In this document: piece after piece, positions 50,527 through 57,750 of the stretch
Position numbering within the stretch: position 1 is the first letter of the stretch
Layout of the letters: every line of letters begins with the position of its first letter
IMG/VR virus record: IMGVR_UViG_3300017613_003292
Coordinates: 33,021 to 97,020 of that record
Direction: 5' to 3' (one strand)
From: a virus
Lineage: Duplodnaviria; Heunggongvirae; Uroviricota; Caudoviricetes
DNA length: 64,000 bases
The notes under the pieces: model-generated
Told to the model about the DNA's origin: nothing
Databases searched by the model: none
Seen by the model: the letters and a program-made list of their open reading frames with translations, nothing else
Made by a program: the position numbers and the translations under genes

Positions 50527-50790
50527 TCATGTGTTTTCGTAATTTGATTCGAATTTATAACACCACTCCTTCAAATCTTTACCTGTCTTTTCGTCTGTTC
50601 CAGAAACGACGGCAAAGGCATTACATAGACCGTCAAGAGAATTCAAAAATTTTTCAATGTCTTTTTTCTCAATTATGATGTCAAGGTATTTGAAGGATAA
50701 ATTGACGCGCTCCCCCATCCCATTTCCCCCCTCAAAAAAAGGTGCGGGGAAGGAGATATCCTTCTCCTCCCCCGCGATTGTCATTATCAT
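50527..50790 (-). CDS. hypothetical protein (87 aa)
   Basis: ORF; it contains a GA/CT-rich imperfect palindrome near its 5' end. Confidence 0.4.
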   Translation of the reverse strand: MIMTIAGEEKDISFPAPFFEGGNGMGERVNLSFKYLDIIIEKKDIEKFLNSLDGLCNAFAVVSGTDEKTGKDLKEWCYKFESNYENT

Positions 50791-51130
50791 CTATGATATT
50801 TCAAGTATCATTAACAGATGCCGCCGTTTGATTGGCAGTTTCAGTTTCAGCAGCTGACAATTTATAATAATTTAAACTCCGTGTAATACCATTATACGAC
50901 CAACCCATAATTTTTTTGTGGAGGGCTGGGAGGGAGCCGAACCCTCATTCCGGAGATGTTTTTATGTCAGGGCTTTACTAACTACCGTTCTGGCGTAAAA
51001 TTGTGGGCAATACGCTAAAACTTTATCGCGACGCTGCTTATAGTCAACTCGGGAACGCTCCCTGATCTGACTCATGCGCCACTTGAATGATGATAATCAT
51101 AAAGATAAGCTTGGCCCACTTTACCCGGGA

Positions 51131-51898
51131 CTATCCCAGGATATAATTGAATATCGAAGACGCAATCTCTCCTTTTGAAACGTCTTGTGTATTTGCGCGC
51201 ATTCTTGCTTCTTTTACAGCAATAAGCATTTTGTCAATGCGTTCCAAATATACTGCCTTATCTGCTGATGTGATCATGCCAGACCATATCATCAATTCAT
51301 ATTTTCCGACGTCTTTCTGAACCGTCCATTTTTCAATCTGGGCAGGATGTTTATCGGTTGCCGGGTAGAGAACTTTAAATTCAATGTCCTGTTTGGTTTT
51401 GAATTTTGTTTGTGGTTCTTTGAGTTTATAAATACCAGTCCCAAGATCAGTGTCTATCACCCATTCATGCCCCGGCTCAAGCGTTGGTATCTGAAGAAAC
51501 ATATCCCGAATAGATTTTAATTTCTTTTCCATCCCGAGCAAAAACGTAACCGGAGCGTTTTCGATGATAGTCTCCCCCTCAACAATCACATGCGCGACCG
51601 CTTTCTGGTTTGCGCATTCTTTTTGGAATACTGCATTCCAATACTCTTCAACCACTCCACGAACGTATTCAAGCTTGGAGGGTACCGTCTCTTCAAGACG
51701 TTGTGTTTCAGGAATGAAATTGGTTTCAATTTCATCGTCTGAATCTCTGAGAGCTGTCAATGTCCGTTTGTTTCCCCTGAAAAGGCTGGCTTTTTTGTTG
51801 AATGTATCTTTTGCTTCCTGGATAATTATCTTCGCGCGTTTTTCCAGGTCTGACTCTGCCGCTAACAATTCATGAAGTTTCCCCATTTTTTCCCCCAT
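51131..51898 (-). CDS. hypothetical protein (255 aa)
   Basis: ORF with SD. Confidence 0.5.
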   Translation of the reverse strand: MGEKMGKLHELLAAESDLEKRAKIIIQEAKDTFNKKASLFRGNKRTLTALRDSDDEIETNFIPETQRLEETVPSKLEYVRGVVEEYWNAVFQKECANQKAVAHVIVEGETIIENAPVTFLLGMEKKLKSIRDMFLQIPTLEPGHEWVIDTDLGTGIYKLKEPQTKFKTKQDIEFKVLYPATDKHPAQIEKWTVQKDVGKYELMIWSGMITSADKAVYLERIDKMLIAVKEARMRANTQDVSKGEIASSIFNYILG

Positions 51899-51917
51899 TT
51901 TTATGATAATAATAAAA

Positions 51918-52706
51918 TTATTTAAACCATATTTTTACCCACTGTCTTTTGGGTTGAATATGTACTGTTAAACCACCAATAGCAACTGGTGGGTATCCTT
52001 TTTTTTCTGAATATGTTGAGTCATATGTACTTGAATATGTTTTCAAGAATGTTCCGCATATGCCAAATAAAATTGGTTTAGATATGAGTGATTTTCCTGC
52101 AATTCCAAGCCTTGGAATTTCGTCATATTGTTTTTTGTGAACATGACCATACAGGAATAAATCTGCATCCCAATACGCAGTATCTTTAGAATATTTGGTA
52201 ATATCCGCACCCTGTGTTCTGCTTCCGCCGCCCCAGCCGTGATGCCATTTTATTTTAATTGTACGACCGCCACCGCCCTCAGCTCTCAGTTTTAAATTGA
52301 TAAACCCTGAATACCCAAGATATTCGCAATCTAATTTTTCACAGACGCGCCAGATTAAATCTGTCCCTGCTCTTAGAATAACTGTGTCTTCATGATTACC
52401 ACGGCCAAGACCAATGATACGATCTCTATATGGCCATAACATTTTAACGGCTTTATCAACCTGTGCGTCGAGAATTGCCGTTCTTTCTGTGCTGTCTGCG
52501 TGTTTTGCGTAACGTGGATCTGTAACGATAATACTATCCAGTAGATCGCCGCCGCCCATGAAGTATGTTTTGTCGTCAGAATCTGCAAGGTATTCGATGA
52601 ATGCTTTTTCGTCGCAGTATGAATTCCCCAAATGAACATCGAATATTGGTTTGAGTTTGATTACGTCGCCATAGGTGTATGGAATGTGGTAAGGAACAAT
52701 CTTCAT
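51918..52706 (-). CDS. Calcineurin-like metallophosphoesterase (Ser/Thr phosphatase or nuclease-type)
   Basis: Motifs DVHLGN, GGGDLLD, GRGNHED, LYGHVH (D-x-H / GD / GNHE / GHxH). Confidence 0.7.
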   Translation of the reverse strand: MKIVPYHIPYTYGDVIKLKPIFDVHLGNSYCDEKAFIEYLADSDDKTYFMGGGDLLDSIIVTDPRYAKHADSTERTAILDAQVDKAVKMLWPYRDRIIGLGRGNHEDTVILRAGTDLIWRVCEKLDCEYLGYSGFINLKLRAEGGGGRTIKIKWHHGWGGGSRTQGADITKYSKDTAYWDADLFLYGHVHKKQYDEIPRLGIAGKSLISKPILFGICGTFLKTYSSTYDSTYSEKKGYPPVAIGGLTVHIQPKRQWVKIWFK

Positions 52707-52824
52707 GACTACCTCTCAGTTGAAGTTATTGCCGCACCCCATTTATTCAATGGCTATGTTCTTCATCCCTTTAACTTGTCATAAAATCACCATTTTATGG
52801 TAAAGTCAAGGGTTTATGCATTTT

Positions 52825-53295
52825 TTAATTTTCTTTTAATTTATATTTAAATTTGTAACCGCAGTTTTTACAATGTTTTTGAAATTTCCCAAACCATAAT
52901 GGTCGACGGCAGTTAGGACACAAAGGGCCTTTTACTGCCCCGCAATCTGAACATCCTTTAACTTCATAGTGCTTGTAATACCGGTAGACGTTATATTTTG
53001 GCGGAGATCCTTTTGGATACCCCTTATGTTTTATAGTATATTTACAATTGCAAGGATGACCAATATTTGTTGAAGGTCTCCACATGAACCCTTCATTTTC
53101 TACCAGATACCATTTTTCTCGACCACAATTTGTACAATACCGGACGCCTTCTATTACCAAGTTTTCAGAACCGCATATTCCGCAATGACGAAACATGCGA
53201 CGGGCATCTGAACATTGAGTTGGTTTTTTTTTGCGTTTACCTTTTTTGGGACGTTCTTGCTCGTCTATTTCTGTGGTTTCCGGATTTTTAATCAT
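52825..53295 (-). CDS. Triple zinc-ribbon protein (156 aa)
   Basis: CGICGS...CTNCG, CSDCG...CPNCRR, and CKNCG motifs; basic N-terminus KKGKRKKKP. Confidence 0.55.
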   Translation of the reverse strand: MIKNPETTEIDEQERPKKGKRKKKPTQCSDARRMFRHCGICGSENLVIEGVRYCTNCGREKWYLVENEGFMWRPSTNIGHPCNCKYTIKHKGYPKGSPPKYNVYRYYKHYEVKGCSDCGAVKGPLCPNCRRPLWFGKFQKHCKNCGYKFKYKLKEN

Positions 53296-53546
53296 TCTTC
53301 ATAATCGTCCTGATCCTGGAACATCATTAAATAGTCTGAAACGTTTCGCCTTATATAATCCAGCAATCCAAGAGCTGAAATGGTTGAATCCTGAGTTATA
53401 CTGTTACTACCGCCACCGCACCAATTCATGGCCAGTGTACGGTCTTTTTTTGTATATGCAATGAAACAATCTTCAATGTTTTCATAGTCTTCAAGAATAG
53501 TCCTTAATGTTGCGGCAACAGTGTGTTTATCGAATTCAATGATCAT
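53292..53546 (-). CDS. hypothetical acidic protein (84 aa)
   Basis: ORF with a 4-nt overlap. Confidence 0.4.
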   Translation of the reverse strand: MIIEFDKHTVAATLRTILEDYENIEDCFIAYTKKDRTLAMNWCGGGSNSITQDSTISALGLLDYIRRNVSDYLMMFQDQDDYEE

Positions 53547-53642
53547 CGTTTGGTCTCCATAAAATAGAAGTCCTCCCCATATTGATAATCATAGCATATT
53601 TTTAATTTTTCTAAAAATGATTTCCTATTTTAAATTAATCTT

Positions 53643-53716
53643 TGGGGTGAGGGCGGGATTTGAACCCGATCCCCGGGGCCACAACCCAGTGCTTTAACCA
53701 ATTAAGCTACCCCCAC
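53643..53716 (-). tRNA. tRNA-His (anticodon GTG), CCA encoded, no encoded G-1
   Basis: Folded by hand: acceptor GTGGGGG/CCCTCAC, D-arm GCTT-AATTGGTTA-AAGC, anticodon stem CTGGG/CCCGG with loop TTGTGGC, T-arm with TTCAAAT, discriminator C, then CCA. Confidence 0.7.
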
Positions 53717-53804
53717 AACAAGATTTGAATAATAAAGGGGCTTGGGGATTAGTGTGATCATCACCGTAATGCATCCCCTGGGAGTAAGGCCCCTACAATT
53801 CGGA

Positions 53805-55259
53805 TTATTTTGTCGTAGCCATATTCAAACCACGGTCATAATTCAACCGTCTGGCTGCATCAAGTGTCATGAGTTTCATGAAATTTTTGACCTCAGTGTC
53901 GTTACCAGTCGAGACGCCACTGTTGCCTCCGAATACATTTGTCGGAACTTTTCTTTTGGAATAGGCATCTGCCCACACCTTTTGGATCTCAATTTCTGCC
54001 ACCAGTTTTTGCTGTAGTGCATTGTCAGCTTGGATGACCTTACGTTTTTTATATGCTTCAGCATCGGCCGCAACTTTTACAGCAGCAGCATCGATTTTGG
54101 CTTTATCCAGAAGAATTTTTGATGTTTGTTTCTGAACTTCGGCCTGTTCTTTTTGTCGGTTGGCAACGATCAGTGCCTGCATTTTATTGGTCTCTTCTGA
54201 GGTTGTAATGTCAATCTGTTCCACCTTTTTCTGAGCCTGACGTTCTGCCACCTGACGTTCACCCTTTGCAACAGCCAGATACTTTTGTTCTTCTTCCTGA
54301 ATTCTCTGTTCTCTGGCAATGGCACGATCTGCGGAAGCCTGCTGTTTCAGCTTCATGCGCTCAATAAATTTTTCATTTGGTTTCATGGCTGTTACGCGGG
54401 CTTCATGAACACTGATGCCGAAAGATGTAAATTTCTGTGTTTTTCTGAGCGGCTGCCCGTCTGAACCATATAATTTATTTACGACAAAAACCACCTTGCC
54501 TTGGTCGTCGAATTCATCCTGATGTTTGGGATCAGATGCGTTGGCTTCTGATTTCTGGGCGGTGACTGACCTTTCAACCACCTCTTCCCGTTTTACCATA
54601 TAGATCCCTTTCTGCATTTGATTTTCAAATTCATTGATGAACTCAGTCCTGCCGCCTGAAAAATAATTCTCAGCAGTAATCAAAGATCCTGTGGCCTGTA
54701 ATGTTTCCTGGAATGCTGGAATCAAAGCAACTCGTAATAGATTCTCGGGCGTTCTATACTCACGGGCCATCTTCAGAAATGTTTCATCATCGACAGGCAA
54801 TCTGAACCGTGCCATAGCCATGGCGTCTGCATCCACCTGATCAAGAAATGTAACATTTTGCGGTGGCAGGCTGGCGCTGGCAACGTTTTCTGCACCTTCA
54901 GCATTCACGCCGTCAGCCGTGTCGGTATCTGCCAATACCGTCATGGCTTTTTTCCACTGATTTTTCTTTCCAAAGAGATATAGACTGTATCCAATGGATT
55001 TGACGACCCGTTCCTGGCCGGTAATAGTCCTAACGTGATAGGTATACCCGGGTTCGGCGTAAAAGAAGACACTGTTGAATGTGCCCATAAAGAAGCATAT
55101 GGCCGCGAAAGTAATAATACCGGTTCTTACAAAGCCCGGCATTGGAAATGTGTAATTCGAATTGCCGTCTTTGCGTGCCGTATTTTCAGATTTGATTTTG
55201 ATAACGGTCAATATGACGACCGCAATGATCAGAAGAATTCCAAGTAGAATCCAAAGCAT
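53805..55259 (-). CDS. SPFH/Band-7 (flotillin/prohibitin-like) membrane protein
   Basis: N-terminal TM (WILLGILLIIAVVILTVI), a second hydrophobic segment, a central SPFH-like region, and a long C-terminal coiled-coil (ERQAQKKVEQIDITTSEE...). Confidence 0.6.
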   Translation of the reverse strand: MLWILLGILLIIAVVILTVIKIKSENTARKDGNSNYTFPMPGFVRTGIITFAAICFFMGTFNSVFFYAEPGYTYHVRTITGQERVVKSIGYSLYLFGKKNQWKKAMTVLADTDTADGVNAEGAENVASASLPPQNVTFLDQVDADAMAMARFRLPVDDETFLKMAREYRTPENLLRVALIPAFQETLQATGSLITAENYFSGGRTEFINEFENQMQKGIYMVKREEVVERSVTAQKSEANASDPKHQDEFDDQGKVVFVVNKLYGSDGQPLRKTQKFTSFGISVHEARVTAMKPNEKFIERMKLKQQASADRAIAREQRIQEEEQKYLAVAKGERQVAERQAQKKVEQIDITTSEETNKMQALIVANRQKEQAEVQKQTSKILLDKAKIDAAAVKVAADAEAYKKRKVIQADNALQQKLVAEIEIQKVWADAYSKRKVPTNVFGGNSGVSTGNDTEVKNFMKLMTLDAARRLNYDRGLNMATTK

Positions 55260-55384
55260 GATGTTTCCCCCATTTTTTTAAGTTTTCAATGTAATTTTCA
55301 TTATGTGTAATTCAAAAGCTCCAACTTTATATACAACTGTTTTATTTTTTTTATCACCCCCATCCTTATTGAATTTTGTTACTT

Positions 55385-55531
55385 TTATTTTCTTTTTTTA
55401 ACAGGCTTTTTGATACCTTTTTTCCCTCCAGTCATTGCTCCTTGTCCTGGCCCTCTACGTCTACCCTTACCACCTCCACGACCGTCTCTTAGACCTTGGC
55501 CTTTCGGCCCCGTTCTATCTTTATTTGGCAT
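55385..55531 (-). CDS. small Gly/Arg/Lys-rich basic protein (48 aa; below ORF-track cutoff)
   Basis: Hand-translated as MPNKDRTGPKGQGLRDGRGGGKGRRRGPGQGAMTGGKKGIKKPVKKRK. It is preceded by a copy of the conserved junction motif with its SD. Confidence 0.35.
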   Translation of the reverse strand: MPNKDRTGPKGQGLRDGRGGGKGRRRGPGQGAMTGGKKGIKKPVKKRK

Positions 55532-55537
55532 TTTTTT

Positions 55538-55560
55538 CCCTTCCGTGCGGTGTGTTAATC
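55538..55560 (-). promoter_or_regulatory. Conserved junction motif copy a (minus: GATTAACACACCGCACGGAAGGG..ATG)
   Basis: Contains the stop TAA of the upstream micro-ORF, a CCGCACGG core, and the SD for the 55531 start. Confidence 0.5.
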
Positions 55561-55625
55561 TGATATTTTCACAATTTTACCCTTCAACCCCCATATCCTC
55601 ATAGCGTCAACACTAAATAATCTTT

Positions 55626-55715
55626 TCATAGGCACATAGCTTCAACCGCTGTATTGTCAGCGTTGCCCTGAGCCATCATTTCGCTCCAAAATTTACAACC
55701 TTCACATTTTTTCAT
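55626..55715 (-). CDS. micro-ORF, 29 aa CxxC peptide (MKKCEGCKFWSEMMAQGNADNTAVEAMCL)
   Basis: Preceded by a degenerate motif copy (CCACACACAAGGGGATGAG). Its stop overlaps the ATG of the 24-aa micro-ORF inside repeat unit a. Confidence 0.25.
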   Translation of the reverse strand: MKKCEGCKFWSEMMAQGNADNTAVEAMCL

Positions 55716-55732
55716 CTCATCCCCTTGTGTGT

Positions 55733-55800
55733 GGGGATAGCCCCTGCCTTGCAAGTAAGAAATCGCCTGGAATGCGTGTCTACAAGGACTATCCCCATAA
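55733..55800 (-). ncRNA. Large imperfect hairpin (outer stem GGGGATAG/CTATCCCC, inner CCTTG/CAAGG), possible structured RNA element
   Basis: ggggatagcccctgccttgcaag...ctacaaggactatcccc on the plus strand; intergenic within the small-gene operon. Confidence 0.2.
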
Positions 55801-55898
55801 ATTATTCAGCGTTATTACCGGATGCGCTGCCCCCGGTTACTGCATTAGTTCTTTACGGCATTCAGCCAACTCTGGCGAAACCTTCAAATGGCATCACT

Positions 55899-55918
55899 CC
55901 CCTTCCGTGCGGTTAATC
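55899..55918 (-). promoter_or_regulatory. Conserved junction motif copy b (GATTAACCGCACGGAAGGGGAGTGATG)
   Basis: Contains the TAA stop of 55913..56137; the following ATG opens only a 10-codon ORF. Confidence 0.45.
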
Positions 55919-56137
55919 TTCAATTTCGTCATAATATTCTTGCCAATCCGGGTCTGTTTTTATAAAAGCCCGTTTAACCGCTGGATGGCGAAAATAAAGA
56001 CTGTCTCCCTGGCAATCCCAATCCAAGTTCTCAAGTATATTTATTACACGTTCTAAAATATCTTCGGTTTTTAGGTTTTCATTAAAAAGTGCTTCGCAAA
56101 CTGTATCGAAAATTTCTGTTCCTGAACACCATCCCAT
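55913..56137 (-). CDS. hypothetical acidic protein (74 aa)
   Basis: ORF; start preceded by motif copy c with a GGGGGAG SD. Confidence 0.45.
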   Translation of the reverse strand: MGWCSGTEIFDTVCEALFNENLKTEDILERVINILENLDWDCQGDSLYFRHPAVKRAFIKTDPDWQEYYDEIED

Positions 56138-56142
56138 AATCT

Positions 56143-56170
56143 CCCCCTTCCGTGCGGTGTGGATTAATCT
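56143..56170 (-). promoter_or_regulatory. Conserved junction motif copy c (GATTAATCCACACCGCACGGAAGGGGGAGATTATG)
   Basis: Best match to the consensus; immediately upstream of the ATG at 56137. Confidence 0.5.
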
Positions 56171-56221
56171 GATATTTTCACAATTTTACCCCTCAACCCC
56201 CATATCCTCATAGCGCCAACA

Positions 56222-56470
56222 CTAAATAATCTTTTCATCGCTGGTCTCCTCTCTTAATTGTCTTATAGAAACATCACGATGCGGAGTAAGCAAAGAGTGG
56301 TGCTGTTTATGCCACAAGACATTTCCATGAAATATACGAGGCAAATCAACACGAGGAAACTCAGCGAGACACCCTTCAAATCCGTTTGGTCGTGCGATGT
56401 TCATGTTAAGCACCACTGGCATGTTGCCAGCTAATTTTATAATTAACCAATATCTTATTTTTTCAGTCAT
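56222..56470 (-). CDS. hypothetical protein (83 aa; start at MTEKIRYW with SD CCCAGGAGG)
   Basis: Start taken at the internal Met of ORF-track entry 56222..56542. The upstream part of that entry belongs to a separate 54-aa Zn-ribbon ORF in another frame. Confidence 0.4.
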   Translation of the reverse strand: MTEKIRYWLIIKLAGNMPVVLNMNIARPNGFEGCLAEFPRVDLPRIFHGNVLWHKQHHSLLTPHRDVSIRQLREETSDEKII

Positions 56471-56627
56471 CGCTGGCCTCCTGGGTGGGTTTAATTGGTT
56501 CAAAATTCCAACCACATTGATCGCATTCACCGTGATAGCCATCTAAAAATTCTTTTTCGCCAATTAACAATTTTGCCCGCACAAGGGTTTTACAAGTGTG
56601 ACACTCAATATTTTTAAATTTATCCAT
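56463..56627 (-). CDS. small Zn-ribbon protein (54 aa; MDKFKNIECHTCKTL...GECDQCGW...)
   Basis: Hand-translated. Its stop TGA overlaps the start region of 56222..56470, and it is preceded by motif copy d. Confidence 0.35.
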   Translation of the reverse strand: MDKFKNIECHTCKTLVRAKLLIGEKEFLDGYHGECDQCGWNFEPIKPTQEASDD

Positions 56628-56633
56628 TCACTC

Positions 56634-56656
56634 CCCTTCCGTGCGGTGGTTAATCT
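56634..56656 (-). promoter_or_regulatory. Conserved junction motif copy d (GATTAACCACCGCACGGAAGGGGAGTGAATG)
   Basis: Contains the TAA stop of 56650..56994 and the SD for the ATG at 56627. Confidence 0.45.
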
Positions 56657-56994
56657 GTTATAACAAACCATATAAGTGTTAATGGGTCATTATCACCTAT
56701 CCCTTTATAAATTTTAATTAATTCCCTCTGCAAACCTGTTACTGTCCGACATTCTGGTTCATGTTCTAATTTTAGCATAGATGGTATAATTGATTTAAGT
56801 GTATAACACTCAACCTTTGAAATAATTGCATAGTATAAATGAGTTAATGGTTCTCCTTGGGAATCAACATCCCATATTTCAACACTATCACCGTGACGTA
56901 ATTTTGCCCACTTCAAGCCTTTGCGAACAGTTAAATTAATACCATCATTAAATCTAACTTTGCCGTTTATTCCTTGAAATAATAACTGTTTCAT
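56650..56994 (-). CDS. hypothetical protein (114 aa; possibly ASCH/PUA-like)
   Basis: ORF; start preceded by motif copy e. Confidence 0.45.
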   Translation of the reverse strand: MKQLLFQGINGKVRFNDGINLTVRKGLKWAKLRHGDSVEIWDVDSQGEPLTHLYYAIISKVECYTLKSIIPSMLKLEHEPECRTVTGLQRELIKIYKGIGDNDPLTLIWFVITD

Positions 56995-57001
56995 TCACCC
57001 C

Positions 57002-57024
57002 CCCTTCCGTGCGGTGTGGATTAA
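57002..57024 (-). promoter_or_regulatory. Conserved junction motif copy e
   Basis: ttaatccacaccgcacggaagggggggtgaATG (minus strand); contains the TAA stop of 57021..57335. Confidence 0.45.
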
Positions 57025-57335
57025 AAGCTGTGTCTCCCTTCACCCCTGCATTTCCAACATTGGCTTGTGCCTGAGTGACAGGGGCCATGTGTTGTAATAT
57101 TCCCTGTCCCATTACATATTTCGCATATCACTTTTTCTTTTTCTGCTGTTATTTTAGACTTCAATCTTTTATTTTCTTCGATAAGTGGATTCGGAATGGC
57201 ATCATACCCATGAGCCATATCATATTGTTCGTGTGCAATTTCCACATCACGGGCAATGCTAAATATTTGCTCTTGTGTCGCTGAGATTCCGACTTCATCA
57301 AGAGCTTGGCTTACACATTCTTCCCAATATTCCAT
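57021..57335 (-). CDS. hypothetical protein with C-terminal Zn-binding motif (CEICNGTG...CWKCRGEG)
   Basis: ORF; motif copy f upstream. Confidence 0.5.
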   Translation of the reverse strand: MEYWEECVSQALDEVGISATQEQIFSIARDVEIAHEQYDMAHGYDAIPNPLIEENKRLKSKITAEKEKVICEICNGTGNITTHGPCHSGTSQCWKCRGEGRHSF

Positions 57336-57340
57336 TTCAT

Positions 57341-57360
57341 CCCCCTTCCGTGCGGTTAAT
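57341..57360 (-). promoter_or_regulatory. Conserved junction motif copy f
   Basis: GATTAACCGCACGGAAGGGGGATGAAATG (minus strand); contains the TAA stop of 57356..57664. Confidence 0.45.
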
Positions 57361-57571
57361 CTAAAAACACCACACTCTCCACCAATGCGCCATTGTGTTT
57401 AACTTTAATTTTTCCATCTTTCCAAATAGCAAACCACGGAACGGCTACCATTTTTCCACATTCCATAATAACTGTAATTTTATCACAATTATCATGATTT
57501 ATAGATTGGTTAACATTATTGGGCCACCACAATTCTTTTACCTCTTGGCCTTCATAAAATCTGTTTTCCAT
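57356..57571 (-). CDS. hypothetical protein (71 aa from MENRFYEGQE...)
   Basis: Motif copy g and its SD lie directly upstream of this internal Met. The longer ORF-track form (to 57664) would overlap the 41-aa membrane peptide gene. Confidence 0.4.
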   Translation of the reverse strand: MENRFYEGQEVKELWWPNNVNQSINHDNCDKITVIMECGKMVAVPWFAIWKDGKIKVKHNGALVESVVFLD

Positions 57572-57576
57572 TTCAT

Positions 57577-57602
57577 CCCCCTTCCATGCGGTGTGGTTAA
57601 TC
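57577..57602 (-). promoter_or_regulatory. Conserved junction motif copy g (variant CCGCATGG)
   Basis: GATTAACCACACCGCATGGAAGGGGGATGAAATG (minus strand). Confidence 0.4.
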
Positions 57603-57722
57603 AAATATCCATCCCAAAACAGTGCGAATAATTCGTAACTCTCCGTGTGTCCACGCTTGGGCAATCATATCAAGCAGACCAATTCCGCCCAAAACAAAAA
57701 ATATGTTCCGTAAATATCTCAT
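57597..57722 (-). CDS. 41-aa hydrophobic peptide (MRYLRNIFFVLGGIGLLDMIAQAWTHGELRIIRTVLGWIFD)
   Basis: Hand-translated. Its start is preceded by motif copy h and its stop TAA lies inside motif copy g, so it fits the operon grammar exactly. Confidence 0.3.
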   Translation of the reverse strand: MRYLRNIFFVLGGIGLLDMIAQAWTHGELRIIRTVLGWIFD

Positions 57723-57724
57723 AT

Positions 57725-57750
57725 CCCCCCTTCCGTGCGGTGTGGATTAA
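57725..57750 (-). promoter_or_regulatory. Conserved junction motif copy h
   Basis: GAATTAATCCACACCGCACGGAAGGGGGGATATGAG (minus strand); contains the TAA stop of 57747..58361. Confidence 0.45.

Noticed and set aside
50918-50946. tRNA-like 3' half (T-arm plus acceptor plus CCA) considered as a fifth tRNA gene
   Set aside because: No complementary 5' acceptor strand, D-arm or anticodon arm within 100 nt upstream, and the loop has G at the conserved A58 position.
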